DNA of 64,000 nucleotides from Sphingobacteriales bacterium (GTDB lineage Bacteria; Bacteroidota; Bacteroidia; Chitinophagales; Chitinophagaceae): NCBI GenBank assembly GCA_016235125.1, contig JACRLZ010000005.1, positions 13,707 to 77,706 of the forward strand, read 5' to 3'. Shown piece by piece: positions 20,365 to 30,759 of this stretch (position 1 is its first letter; each line of letters starts with the position of its first letter). The notes under the pieces were generated by a model. It saw only the letters and a program-made list of their open reading frames with translations, ran no database searches and was not told where the DNA came from. The position numbers and the translations under genes were made by a program.

Positions 20365-21657
20365 ATGGCGATAAGAACAATCACTCATTCGAAGGAAATT
20401 CTAAGTGTTATACTTGGCGGGGGCGCAGGTTCCAGGTTGTATCCGCTTACTGCAAGCCGCAGCAAACCGGCTGTGCCTATTGCCGGTAAATACCGATTGG
20501 TTGATATTCCGATTTCCAATTGTTTGAATAACGGGATAGGAAGGATGTTTGTACTTACTCAATTCAACTCCGCTTCACTCAACAGGCATATCAAGAATAC
20601 ATATCATTTCAGTGCATTCAGTAAAGCGTTTGTTGACATACTGGCTGCAGAACAGACACCCGACAATCCCACATGGTACCAGGGCACTGCCGATGCCGTG
20701 CGACAAGGGCTAAGGCATATCGAACCGTTTGAAAGTGATTATGTGCTGATTCTTTCCGGTGACCAGCTTTATCAAATGGATTTTGCCGAAATGCTGGATA
20801 ACCACAAAAAACTGGGAGCCGATATTTCTGTGGCCACCATTCCTGTCAATGAAAGAGATGCCCCTGAATTTGGAATATTAAAATCAAAGGAAGGATTGAT
20901 AACCTCTTTTATTGAAAAGCCCAAGAAAGAAGTATTGCCGCAATGGGTAAGTGAAACAGGGGACATAATGAAAGCTGCCGGAAGAAACTACCTGGCGTCC
21001 ATGGGTATTTATATTTTCAACCGCCGGTTGATGTTTGACCTTTTGCAAAATGAATTTAAAGATGCTACCGATTTTGGTAAAGAGATCATTCCGCAAACCA
21101 TTAATAAATATAAAGTGGCCAGTTACCAGTATGAAGGTTACTGGACGGATATCGGAAATATTTATTCCTTCTTTGAAGCAAACCTTGACCTGACAAAAGA
21201 ACTTCCTTCTTTCAATCTTTTTGATAATGACAGGATCATCTATACCCGTTCCCGTATGCTGCCCCCGGCCAAGATAAGCGGCACTACGCTGGAAAAAACA
21301 TTAGTTGCCGAAGGCTCTATCATTCATGCTTCCCGTATTGAGAACAGTGTGATTGGTATCCGGTCCCGTATAGGACATGGTTCTACGGTGGTAAGCAGCT
21401 ACATGATGGGTAACGATTCCTATGAAACACTGGAAGAAATAGCTGAGATGAATAAAACAGATATCCCAATGATGGGTATTGGCAGCCGTTGTTATATCAG
21501 GAATGCCATCATTGACAAAAATTGCCGCATTGGAGATGATGTCCGCATCAATGGAGGCACACATATTGAAAATATGGATCATTCTCTTTATTCTGTAAAA
21601 GACGGGATAGTAGTGATAAAAAAAGGGTCTGTAATTCCGAACGGATTTGTTATATGA
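20365..21657 (+). CDS. glgC: Glucose-1-phosphate adenylyltransferase
   Basis: LGGGAGSRLYPLT, KPAVP, WYQGTADAVRQ, ASMGIYIF, YWTDIG; C-terminal beta-helix. Confidence 0.97.
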   Translation: MAIRTITHSKEILSVILGGGAGSRLYPLTASRSKPAVPIAGKYRLVDIPISNCLNNGIGRMFVLTQFNSASLNRHIKNTYHFSAFSKAFVDILAAEQTPDNPTWYQGTADAVRQGLRHIEPFESDYVLILSGDQLYQMDFAEMLDNHKKLGADISVATIPVNERDAPEFGILKSKEGLITSFIEKPKKEVLPQWVSETGDIMKAAGRNYLASMGIYIFNRRLMFDLLQNEFKDATDFGKEIIPQTINKYKVASYQYEGYWTDIGNIYSFFEANLDLTKELPSFNLFDNDRIIYTRSRMLPPAKISGTTLEKTLVAEGSIIHASRIENSVIGIRSRIGHGSTVVSSYMMGNDSYETLEEIAEMNKTDIPMMGIGSRCYIRNAIIDKNCRIGDDVRINGGTHIENMDHSLYSVKDGIVVIKKGSVIPNGFVI

Positions 21658-21753
21658 AACCAGTTTGATCTTTCAGGTACATTTTGTTTTTAAAATGTGT
21701 ACTTTTTACATAAACTTCCTATCTTCAAGCCTGCTCTGGAAATTAATTAATGA

Positions 21754-23106
21754 TTGCTTATGTCTGTCACTGCTTTTATCGGTGAAAAACCCAAACTAAG
21801 TCTTTTAGAGATCATCAACATGAGTGTTGGTTTCTTTGGAATTCAATTCGGATGGGATCTGCAAAGGGCCAATATGGGCCGCATTTATGAAAATCTTGGC
21901 GCCAATCCCGACGAAGTACCACTTTTGTTTTTAGCTGCCCCGTTAACAGGCTTGATAGTGCAGCCGATTATTGGATATCTAAGCGACAGGACATGGCATC
22001 CAAGGTGGGGAAGAAGAAGACCTTACTTCATGATTGGTGCAATTCTCAGCTCAATCGCATTAATTTTTATGCCACATAGCGGCACTTTGTTTATGGCTGC
22101 AGGGCTTTTATGGATACTTGATGTTTTTGGCAACGTAGCGATGGAACCGTTCAGGGCATTTGTAACAGATAAACTTCCGGACGCACAGGTAAACCGTGGC
22201 TTCATCATGCAAAGCCTGATGATTGGTTTGGGTGGCAGCATCGCTTCGGCGCTTCCCTGGATCATGAAGAATGTATTTCATATTGCCAATACGGCTGATC
22301 CCGGCCATATTCCTGCAAATGTTAAGTGGTCTTTTTATACCGGTTCCTTTTTCTTTCTCGCAGCAGTTCTTTATACCGTATTCACAACAAAAGAATACCC
22401 TCCTTCAGACTTGGGATTCAAAGAAAAAGTAAAAGAATCAAATAAAGGTTTTGGGGGCGGTGTAAAAGAAATCTTCCACGCACTGACACATATGCCCAAA
22501 AGAATGCGTATAGTGTCATTGGTACAATTTTTTACCTGGCCAGGCCTTTTCCTGATGTGGTTTTTTTATACAACAGCTGTTGGTGTAAATATTTTTGGCG
22601 GGAAGGCCGAGTCCGGTGACCCTGTTTTTGCAAAAGGAGCTGACTTTGGCAGCCTTACCCTTTCATTTTATAGCGTAGTCACTTTTTTATTTGCTTTGGT
22701 ATTACCAACAATAGCAGACAAACTTGGAAGAAAACTTACACATACCATCTGTCTTCTTTGCGGTGCATTAGGTTTAATAAGTGTGAGCTGGGTACACGAT
22801 AAGAATTTATTATTCGTTTCGATGGTGGGAGTGGGGATTGCATGGGCCAGTATTCTTTCCATGCCCTATGCCATGCTGAGCGGATGTTTGCCTAAAGACA
22901 AAGTTGGCATTTACATGGGTATTTTTAATTTTTTTATTGTCCTGCCCGAAATTATCGCTTCATTAGGTTTTGGCTGGCTGATGAAAAATGTTTTGGGCAA
23001 TGATAGAATGGCTGCATTGCAAATTGGAGGAGGAATGATGATATTAGCCGCTTTGATTTGTTTTGTATTAATCCGGGAAAAGAAAAATGAACTTCAAACA
23101 TCCTGA
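21754..23106 (+). CDS. MFS transporter, GPH/SUC (maltose/sucrose-type)
   Basis: GFFGIQFGW, QPIIGYLSDRT..RWGRRRPY, MEPFRAFVTDKLP; 12 TM segments; next to a GH13. Confidence 0.9.
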   Translation: MLMSVTAFIGEKPKLSLLEIINMSVGFFGIQFGWDLQRANMGRIYENLGANPDEVPLLFLAAPLTGLIVQPIIGYLSDRTWHPRWGRRRPYFMIGAILSSIALIFMPHSGTLFMAAGLLWILDVFGNVAMEPFRAFVTDKLPDAQVNRGFIMQSLMIGLGGSIASALPWIMKNVFHIANTADPGHIPANVKWSFYTGSFFFLAAVLYTVFTTKEYPPSDLGFKEKVKESNKGFGGGVKEIFHALTHMPKRMRIVSLVQFFTWPGLFLMWFFYTTAVGVNIFGGKAESGDPVFAKGADFGSLTLSFYSVVTFLFALVLPTIADKLGRKLTHTICLLCGALGLISVSWVHDKNLLFVSMVGVGIAWASILSMPYAMLSGCLPKDKVGIYMGIFNFFIVLPEIIASLGFGWLMKNVLGNDRMAALQIGGGMMILAALICFVLIREKKNELQTS

Positions 23107-23109
23107 TAA

Positions 23110-24999
23110 ATGAAAAGAATATTTTTTGTCGCCTTTATTTTACTGTCAACAAGGCTTTTTGCCATCGATATGTATGGCATCTATCCCTCTCACTGGTGGG
23201 TTGGGATGAAGAACCCAAATCTCCAACTGATGATACATAGAGACAGGGTAGCTAACGAAAAAGTTTCAATGCTTCCCTACCCTGGAGTTAAACTGGTAAA
23301 GCAAACTAAGGTGGAAAATGAGAATTACCTTTTTATTGACCTGCTGATTGATAAAACTGCTAAACCGGGGAAATTAAGGTTCATGATTGATAACCTGCAG
23401 TCGCCTGAAGCCGTTCCTTATAAGATTTTTGAATATGAATTAAAGACCCGCAGCAATCAAAATGGCAAAACAAGAGTGCAGGGTGTTACCTCCAAAGATT
23501 TTATTTACCTGATGATGCCCGACCGCTTTTCCAATGGCGACGCTTCAAATGACATCGTTGATGATTACAGGGACCGAACAAGCGACAGGAAAGATAAATT
23601 CTCAAGGCATGGAGGTGATTTTAAGGGTATTCTTAATCATTTTGATTATTTCAACCAGCTGGGTGTAACCACTTTATGGCTTACACCTGTACTTGAAAAT
23701 GATATGCCCCGAACCGGCGAATGGGGCAACAGCGTAGCAGGATATCATGGCTATTGGTTTACTAACCATTATGAGATTGATAAACGCTTTGGTGGTAATG
23801 AAGGCTATAAAGAATTCTGCAATACACTTCATCAAAACGGAATGAAAGTGATACAGGATGCTGTGTATAACCATGTAGGCGACCATCATTGGTTTGTGCT
23901 TGACCCGCCGATGAAATCATGGTTCAATACCTCGCAGGGAAACAGGGGGCCCAATCACCGTGAAGAAGTTTTTTACGACCCTTATGCTTCGCAAAAGGAT
24001 AAGGAAAATATGCTGGATGGATGGTTTGTTCCGCACCTGCCCGACCTGAACCAGCGAAACCCTTTTGTTGCCAATTTTCTTATTCAGCATGCCATCTGGA
24101 CAACCGAAGAATATGGGATTGATGGCTGGCGGGTGGATACCTATAAATATTGTGATGAGCAGTTTATGAATAATTGCAACGCAGCTCTGGCAAAAGAGTT
24201 TCCGAAGCTGACCGTGTTTGGTGAAACATGGGTAAATAGTACCGTGGCCAATGCTTATTTCACCCAAAACAAAATGGAAACAGTTTTTAAACACAATGCA
24301 AAGGGGATGCTCGATTTCCAGGTTTGCTTTGCCATGCTTGCAGGTATGAACGAGCCATTCGGATGGCTGACAGGAGTGAATAAAATTTATACCACACTTT
24401 CACAGGATGTTTTATATAAAGAGCCGCTAAATAATTGCATTTTTCTTGATAATCATGATATGGACCGTGTCTTTTCCGTGGTAGATGAGGATTGGAATAA
24501 AATGAAAATGGGTTTTAACTGGCTGCTTACTTTGCGGGGCATTCCCCAGATTTATTATGGCACTGAAGTGCTGATGAAGAATAAAAAGGAAAACACCGAT
24601 GCCACTGTACGGGAGGATTTTCCCGGGGGCTGGCCCGATGATAAGCCAAAAGATAACCGGTTTACCAAAGAGGGCAGAAATGATAAACAGGACGAAGCTT
24701 TTGAATATATAAGCCGGTTGGCCAATTTCCGGAGAAACTCTTCAGCTCTTACCAGCGGCAAAACGATGCAATACATTCCAAAAGAGGGATTGTATGTTTA
24801 TTTCCGGTATGATGCAAAACAAATCGTGATGGTGGTTACAAACACCGGGGATAAAAATGTAAAGCCGGATTGGAACTGGTACAGGGAAAGAACAGCCGGG
24901 TCTTCACAGGTAAGAAATGTGATTACCGGAAAAATTAAGCCCCTTGATGGATTGGAGATAGAGCCAAAAGAAAGTTTTGTTTTTGAATTATTGAAATAG
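23110..24999 (+). CDS. GH13 neopullulanase/cyclomaltodextrinase (SusA-like)
   Basis: N-domain YPSHWWVGMKNP; DRFSNGD, YHGYW, catalytic GWRVDT, FGETW and FLDNHD. Confidence 0.92.
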   Translation: MKRIFFVAFILLSTRLFAIDMYGIYPSHWWVGMKNPNLQLMIHRDRVANEKVSMLPYPGVKLVKQTKVENENYLFIDLLIDKTAKPGKLRFMIDNLQSPEAVPYKIFEYELKTRSNQNGKTRVQGVTSKDFIYLMMPDRFSNGDASNDIVDDYRDRTSDRKDKFSRHGGDFKGILNHFDYFNQLGVTTLWLTPVLENDMPRTGEWGNSVAGYHGYWFTNHYEIDKRFGGNEGYKEFCNTLHQNGMKVIQDAVYNHVGDHHWFVLDPPMKSWFNTSQGNRGPNHREEVFYDPYASQKDKENMLDGWFVPHLPDLNQRNPFVANFLIQHAIWTTEEYGIDGWRVDTYKYCDEQFMNNCNAALAKEFPKLTVFGETWVNSTVANAYFTQNKMETVFKHNAKGMLDFQVCFAMLAGMNEPFGWLTGVNKIYTTLSQDVLYKEPLNNCIFLDNHDMDRVFSVVDEDWNKMKMGFNWLLTLRGIPQIYYGTEVLMKNKKENTDATVREDFPGGWPDDKPKDNRFTKEGRNDKQDEAFEYISRLANFRRNSSALTSGKTMQYIPKEGLYVYFRYDAKQIVMVVTNTGDKNVKPDWNWYRERTAGSSQVRNVITGKIKPLDGLEIEPKESFVFELLK

Positions 25000-25037
25000 A
25001 TGTTTTTCAAAAGGTTGATTTCTTCCTAAATTACAAT

Positions 25038-27083
25038 ATGGCTAAAGCGAAGAGATCAACTCCGGTATCGCAAAGAAAAAAAATAAACAGGACTGAGCCT
25101 GCTAAGACAGCTCCGCCTGAACCCAAAAGTTACGAAGAAACCAATTTCATTGATACTTCAAAACCCGTCTGGAATTATTCTCTGCTCACAGATGAAGATG
25201 TGAGTAATTACCAGAAAGGGACTAACTACCAGCTCTACAAAAAATTCGGCTCTCATTCCATTCAGGTGAATGATGTGTGGGGCATGTACTTCTGTGTGTG
25301 GGCGCCAAATGCTACATCCGTTTCTGTAAAAGGCAATTTCAATGACTGGAAAAATAATGAATACGAATTGTACCCCCGTTGGGATAAAAGCGGCATCTGG
25401 GAAGGATTTATCCCTCACTTCAAATTAGGAGAAGCTTACAAATATCACATCGTTGGTTATTCAAAAAGGAGACTGGATAAAGGGGACCCCTTTGCCAATT
25501 TCTGGGAAAAAAGACCTCAGACAGCTTCCATCACATGGGATATGTACTACGAATGGAAAGATGAGGCATGGATGAAAGGCCGTAAGAAACATAATTCACT
25601 TGATGCAGCCTGGAGTGTATATGAGGTTCACCTTGCCAGCTGGCAAAGACCCGATAAAAATGATGAAGGAAAATATAATAATTATGATGAGATACGGGAA
25701 AGACTGGTTCCCTATGTTAAAGACATGGGCTTTACACATGTGGAGCTGATGCCGGTTATGGAACATCCCTTCGATGGAAGCTGGGGTTATCAATGTACCG
25801 GTTTTTTTGCACCCACTTCCAGGTTTGGCGATCCGCAGGGATTGATGCGGCTGATCGATGCTTTTCACCAGGAAAATATGGGTGTCATCCTGGATTGGGT
25901 TCCTTCTCATTTTCCATACGATGCACATGGGCTTTTTATGTTCGACGGCACACATACCTATGAGTATGCAGATATGCGAAAAGGGTTTCATCCTGACTGG
26001 AACAGTTATGTATTTAATTACAGGAGGGGAGAGGTAAAATCATTTCTCATCAGCAGCGCCAGGTTTTGGTTTGATCTGTTTCATATTGATGGAATAAGAG
26101 TGGATGCTGTTTCATCCATGCTTAAACTGAATTACTCAAGAAAAGAGGGAGAGTGGGAGCCTAATGAATTTGGCGGCGATGGAAACCTGGAAGCAATTGC
26201 CTTTATAAAAGATTTAAACGAAACTATTTTCCGTGATTTTCCGGATGTGCAGACAATAGCCGAGGAAGCAACCGACTGGCCGGGTATTTCCAGACCTACA
26301 TGGCAGGACGGTCTTGGCTTTGGCATGAAGTGGATGATGGGCTGGATGCATGACACACTGGATTATTTCAAACTCGATCCGTTGATGCGGCAATTTCATC
26401 AGGATAAATTCTCCTTTAGCATGATGTATTATTATGACGAAAATTTCATGCTGCCCCTTAGCCATGATGAGGTGGTGCACGGCAAAAGCCCGATGATCTA
26501 TAAAATGCCCGGTGATGAATGGCAGAAGTTCGCCAACCTGCGATTGTTATATACTTATATGTGGACACACCCCGGCGCCAAATTACTTTTCATGGGAAAT
26601 GAGTTTGGGCAGACAAATGAATGGGATTTTAAATCCGAATTGCAGTGGGAATTGTTACAATTCAACTGTCACCGGTTACTTAAAGATTGTGTGACTGACC
26701 TGAACAAATTATTGCAATCAGAAATTGCTTTGCACCACAACCAGTTTAAAACGGAGGGTTTTGAATGGGTTGATCTTAACCATCGTCCGGAATCAGTAAT
26801 GGTTTATAAAAGAAAAGGCAAAAGAAGAGCAGATGATCTGCTGATAATTCTCAACATGACCCCTGTGGTAAGAAATGATTGGGAAGTGGTGGTGAGTGGA
26901 AAACAGTATAAAAAAGAAATATTCAATAGTGACAGTGAAAAATACTGGGGGAGTGCAAACGTTTTCAATCCGGAAATCCGTTCAGAAATCCTGCCCGATG
27001 GTCAGGCGGGGATTGATAAGGCTCAAAAAACATACAAACTGACAGTAAATTTACCAGCCCTGACGGGAATCATCCTGAAATAA
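25038..27083 (+). CDS. glgB: 1,4-alpha-glucan branching enzyme
   Basis: VWAPNA, IYEVH-like VYEVHLASW, SWGYQ, DGIRVDAV, AEEAT, LSHDEVVHGK. Confidence 0.97.
   Translation: MAKAKRSTPVSQRKKINRTEPAKTAPPEPKSYEETNFIDTSKPVWNYSLLTDEDVSNYQKGTNYQLYKKFGSHSIQVNDVWGMYFCVWAPNATSVSVKGNFNDWKNNEYELYPRWDKSGIWEGFIPHFKLGEAYKYHIVGYSKRRLDKGDPFANFWEKRPQTASITWDMYYEWKDEAWMKGRKKHNSLDAAWSVYEVHLASWQRPDKNDEGKYNNYDEIRERLVPYVKDMGFTHVELMPVMEHPFDGSWGYQCTGFFAPTSRFGDPQGLMRLIDAFHQENMGVILDWVPSHFPYDAHGLFMFDGTHTYEYADMRKGFHPDWNSYVFNYRRGEVKSFLISSARFWFDLFHIDGIRVDAVSSMLKLNYSRKEGEWEPNEFGGDGNLEAIAFIKDLNETIFRDFPDVQTIAEEATDWPGISRPTWQDGLGFGMKWMMGWMHDTLDYFKLDPLMRQFHQDKFSFSMMYYYDENFMLPLSHDEVVHGKSPMIYKMPGDEWQKFANLRLLYTYMWTHPGAKLLFMGNEFGQTNEWDFKSELQWELLQFNCHRLLKDCVTDLNKLLQSEIALHHNQFKTEGFEWVDLNHRPESVMVYKRKGKRRADDLLIILNMTPVVRNDWEVVVSGKQYKKEIFNSDSEKYWGSANVFNPEIRSEILPDGQAGIDKAQKTYKLTVNLPALTGIILK
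26990..27010. repeat. 21-nt imperfect palindrome embedded in frame in glgB
   Basis: CCTGCCCGA-TGG-TCAGGCGGG, encoding LPDGQAG; GC-rich island in an AT-rich gene end. Confidence 0.6.
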
Positions 27084-27156
27084 TACTATTTTGGAATAGT
27101 TTTGGTTGATAAATAACCGGTTAAGTTTTGATTAGTAACTTCTCAAATCTATTTTA

Positions 27157-28263
27157 GTGATGAGAAATCCAATTTCATCCAATCCTAAAAGAAGCCCTAT
27201 GAACCGCCTGATGTTAGCTGCCTGGTTTTTGCTCACAACAGCAATGGCCCATTCCCAAACTTCTGTTTCATCCGTTATTACTGTAAGCACAGATAGCGCT
27301 GATTATTTTTTGCAAAAAGGTTTGCAGGAAAAACAAAATGGCCGTCGTCTTGAATCGCTTAAATATTTTGAAAAAGCGGCTAAATACGATGCGAACAGTA
27401 AAACGATCACCGGCGAACTTGCCTCTGCATATCTTGATCTTCGCCGTTACGGACCGGCAAGAGAAATGTTTAAAAAGCTGGTTTCTCTCGGCGATGAATC
27501 TGCTGCTAATTTCAAGCAGCTGCTTACACTTTCTTTTCAGCTCAAGCAAAATGATGATGTACTGTTGTATGCCGGTAAACTGAAAAAAGCAGACCCATCA
27601 GAAAAAGTTGCTTATTATATCGGCAGGGTAAATTATGACAACGATAATTATGGTGAGGCAATAAAGGCCCTGAATGAAGCAGCCAAAGAAGATCCGGCCA
27701 ATGCCGAAGTGCCTTATCTCATTGCACACAGCTATGCAGATATGATGAATTACAAGCTGGCCGTGCCGTTTTTTCAAAAAGCAATAGAACTTAAACCGAC
27801 AGAGACTTACTGGATATACGAGTTAGGTCTTATTTGCTATGCGATGCATGATGACAAGAATGCCCTGAAATATATCCTTGAAGCAGGGGATAAAGGATAT
27901 AAAAAAGATAATGACTACCTGGAAAACCTGGGCATTGCTTACCTGAATGTCGGCGATCTTGATAACGGAGTAAAAATCCTGAATGAGATATTGATTAAAA
28001 AACCCAGCGACATGAACCTGCTGAACATGATTGCTGAGGCATACTATTACAAAGGCAAGTATGATCTTGCAATGGAATACTGGGACAAAATTCTCGAATA
28101 CGATAAAACAGATGCATCAGCGCTGTATATGATCGGAATGTGTTACCAGAAAAAAGGCGGTAAAGAAAATACAGAAAAAGGAACCCGGCTTTGCGACACA
28201 GCCATTGGCATGGACCCCAGCCTTGGCACCTATCGTCAGAAAAAAATGATGGCGGGACTTTGA
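27157..28263 (+). CDS. Tetratricopeptide-repeat (TPR) protein, exported
   Basis: Signal peptide (likely start ATG 27199, MNRLML...); about eight TPR-like repeats (e.g. AYYYKGKYDLAMEYWDKILEYD). Confidence 0.9.
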   Translation: MMRNPISSNPKRSPMNRLMLAAWFLLTTAMAHSQTSVSSVITVSTDSADYFLQKGLQEKQNGRRLESLKYFEKAAKYDANSKTITGELASAYLDLRRYGPAREMFKKLVSLGDESAANFKQLLTLSFQLKQNDDVLLYAGKLKKADPSEKVAYYIGRVNYDNDNYGEAIKALNEAAKEDPANAEVPYLIAHSYADMMNYKLAVPFFQKAIELKPTETYWIYELGLICYAMHDDKNALKYILEAGDKGYKKDNDYLENLGIAYLNVGDLDNGVKILNEILIKKPSDMNLLNMIAEAYYYKGKYDLAMEYWDKILEYDKTDASALYMIGMCYQKKGGKENTEKGTRLCDTAIGMDPSLGTYRQKKMMAGL

Positions 28264-28278
28264 CCAGATATTAATAAC

Positions 28279-28314
28279 AAAAAAGGGTAAATCAATATTG
28301 GTTTGCCCTTTTTT
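28279..28314. terminator. Bidirectional intrinsic terminator
   Basis: AAAAAAGGGTAAA...TTTGCCCTTTTTT hairpin between convergent genes. Confidence 0.75.
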
Positions 28315-28843
28315 ATTGCTGTTTGAAGTTACTGTGTACCTCAATGCCAATTTCAGGTCCCAGGGATTTAATTATCCAGTCCAATGTGATATAAACCTGA
28401 ATCGGGGAGTTGAAAACATCTTTACCTTTTTCTACGATGGTCGTACTCCATTTCTTTTCTTTTTCTGTAGAGGATACTTCAAACCCGGGGCCAAATACCT
28501 CTTTGAGCATTGCCACAAGGGTTTTATAGTACTGCTGGTAATTAGTTAGTGTTCCGGAGAAATAGGACTGTGTGAAACGAATCTTCAAATATTGATCAAC
28601 TCCATCTTCCTCTTCATCCTCTTCATATATAATTAATCCATTACCCATTTCAAATTTCACATTGCGTACGTCGGTCCACATTTCATCTTGCTCTGTCAGG
28701 TTTCTTTTAATATCAGGAAGTCCTTTCTTAATCCGGATAAATTTTTCTTTTACACCCTTTTGTGAACCAATGGGAGGATTGTTTTGTGCCATTGCAGTAA
28801 TTGTAAATGCTAAGATGCAGGCAAGGATGATCAGTTTTTTCAT
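28313..28843 (-). CDS. Hypothetical exported protein
   Basis: Clear signal peptide MKKLIILACILAFTITAMAQ; no family recognised. Confidence 0.8.
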   Translation of the reverse strand: MKKLIILACILAFTITAMAQNNPPIGSQKGVKEKFIRIKKGLPDIKRNLTEQDEMWTDVRNVKFEMGNGLIIYEEDEEEDGVDQYLKIRFTQSYFSGTLTNYQQYYKTLVAMLKEVFGPGFEVSSTEKEKKWSTTIVEKGKDVFNSPIQVYITLDWIIKSLGPEIGIEVHSNFKQQ

Positions 28844-28898
28844 ATAATATTTTTACAGGAACGACAAAATAAAATAAATATTTAGCTATAATAAAGTT

Positions 28899-30674
28899 TT
28901 ACATTCTTTCCGGCACATTAATACCTAATAAGTTCATTGCAGATGCAATTACGTTAGCTGTCATTTCGGATAATTGAAGCCGTAATTGTTTTTTTTCTTC
29001 CGATTCTGCATTCATCACTGAATGTTCAGTATAGAAAGTATTGAACAATTTTGCCAGGTTAAAAACATAAATTGCAATCACCGAGGGATTGTGCTCCGTG
29101 CAGGCCTGTTCAATAACAGAAGGATATTGTTCCAGTAAAATAGTGAGTTCTTTTTCCAGTTTCAGTAGCTGACCTGCAACCCGCAACTCATGGCCCGCAA
29201 CTTGTTTGCGGAGAATTGATTTAATCCTTGCATGAGTGTATTGCACAAAAGGCCCGGTGAAACCATGAAAGTCTATTGACTCTTCGGGATTAAATATCAT
29301 CCTTTTTTTGGGGTCAACCCTCAGCAGGAAAAACTTTAAAGCGCCAAGAGCAATCGTATCGTACAATTCTTTTAATTCAGTTTGGGTAAAATCTTTCACT
29401 TTTCCCAACTCCTCTGTTTTTTGCCTGGCCACATTCACCATTTCATCCACCATGTCATCGGCATCTACAACTGTTCCTTCACGGCTCTTCATCCTGCCAC
29501 TGGGAAGTTCCACCATGCCATAGCTTAAATGATAAATACCGCCGGCGTATGGCTTGCCAAGCTTCTGCAGGATCAGTTTCAGCACTTTCATATGATAGTT
29601 TTGTTCATCCGCTATCACATAAATGCTCTGATCGTAACTGAATTCATCGTATTTCTGCTGCGCCAATCCTAAATCCTGGGTGATGTAAACGGAAGTGCCA
29701 TCTTTCCTTAAAACCAATTTCTCATCCAGTCCTTCATTTGTCAGATCGATCCATACACTGCCATCTTCTTTTTTAAAAAATACTCCCTGTTTTATTCCTT
29801 CTTCCACAAATTGTTTCCCCAGCAAATAGGTGTTGCTTTCATAATACATTTTCTGAAAATCAGCGCCTATTCTTTTATAGGTTACATCAAACCCGTCGTA
29901 AACCCAGCCATTCATTTTTTCCCAGAGTTCAATCACTTCGGGTTTCCCTGCTTCCCAGTCAAGCAGCATCTGTTGGGTGGTTTTCATTATCGGGACATCT
30001 TTTTCTGCAGTGGTCTTATCAACGCCATCGCTCATTAACGTATCAACCTGCCTTTTGTATTCATCATTAAACTTTACATAATATTCACCAACAAAATGAT
30101 CACCTTTCATTCCGGTTGATTCAGGAGTTGCTCCGTTGGCAAACAACTGCCATGCGATCATGCTTTTACAAATATGAATGCCCCGGTCGTTTACGATACA
30201 ACTTTTAAAAACATCAAAACCATTCTCCTTCATTATCTGCGCCACACTCCATCCCAGAAAAATATTCCGAAGGTGACCGAGATGCAAAGGCTTATTGGTG
30301 TTGGGGGAGGAGTACTCAACCATTACCCTTTGTTTGTTTGGTTGTTTTTTCCCGAAGTTTTTCTGGTTAAAATTCAGTTCCAGAAAATTCAACCAGTAAT
30401 CATCACAAACTGTAAGATTTAAAAATCCTTTAATAACATTATAGGATGTAAATATTTTTGGATTGTTTTTAACCAACGATTCACCCATTTCATTTCCCAG
30501 TTGCTCAGGAGTTTTTTTGAGTTGCTTTACAAACGAAAAAAGCACCAGGGTATAGTCCCCTTCAAATTCCGGTTTGGTGGAATTAATGGTCAGATCGCTT
30601 TCTGTCGTTTCAAAGCCATACAAATCCTTCAACGCCTTTGTTACAAGACCCATTATTTCATTTACGATGCTCAT
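28899..30674 (-). CDS. argS: Arginine--tRNA ligase
   Basis: VEYSSPNTNKPLHLGH, RKDGTSVYITQDLG, MKSREG, GPFVQYTHARIKSILRK, DALR-like tail GINVPERM. Confidence 0.98.
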   Translation of the reverse strand: MSIVNEIMGLVTKALKDLYGFETTESDLTINSTKPEFEGDYTLVLFSFVKQLKKTPEQLGNEMGESLVKNNPKIFTSYNVIKGFLNLTVCDDYWLNFLELNFNQKNFGKKQPNKQRVMVEYSSPNTNKPLHLGHLRNIFLGWSVAQIMKENGFDVFKSCIVNDRGIHICKSMIAWQLFANGATPESTGMKGDHFVGEYYVKFNDEYKRQVDTLMSDGVDKTTAEKDVPIMKTTQQMLLDWEAGKPEVIELWEKMNGWVYDGFDVTYKRIGADFQKMYYESNTYLLGKQFVEEGIKQGVFFKKEDGSVWIDLTNEGLDEKLVLRKDGTSVYITQDLGLAQQKYDEFSYDQSIYVIADEQNYHMKVLKLILQKLGKPYAGGIYHLSYGMVELPSGRMKSREGTVVDADDMVDEMVNVARQKTEELGKVKDFTQTELKELYDTIALGALKFFLLRVDPKKRMIFNPEESIDFHGFTGPFVQYTHARIKSILRKQVAGHELRVAGQLLKLEKELTILLEQYPSVIEQACTEHNPSVIAIYVFNLAKLFNTFYTEHSVMNAESEEKKQLRLQLSEMTANVIASAMNLLGINVPERM

Positions 30675-30693
30675 CCAATTTTCATTTAATCTG

Positions 30694-30750
30694 CAAATTT
30701 AGGAAACCTGATCCCTAATTCCTTAATTCCCAATTCCCATATTACCTTTG
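30694..30750. promoter_or_regulatory. Divergent Bacteroidota housekeeping promoters (argS / gtrA-like)
   Basis: -7 elements TAnnTTTG on both strands: TAAATTTG on the minus strand (30694-30701) and TACCTTTG on the plus strand (30743-30750). AATTCC micro-repeats lie between them. Confidence 0.65.
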
Positions 30751-30759
30751 CCAGCATTC

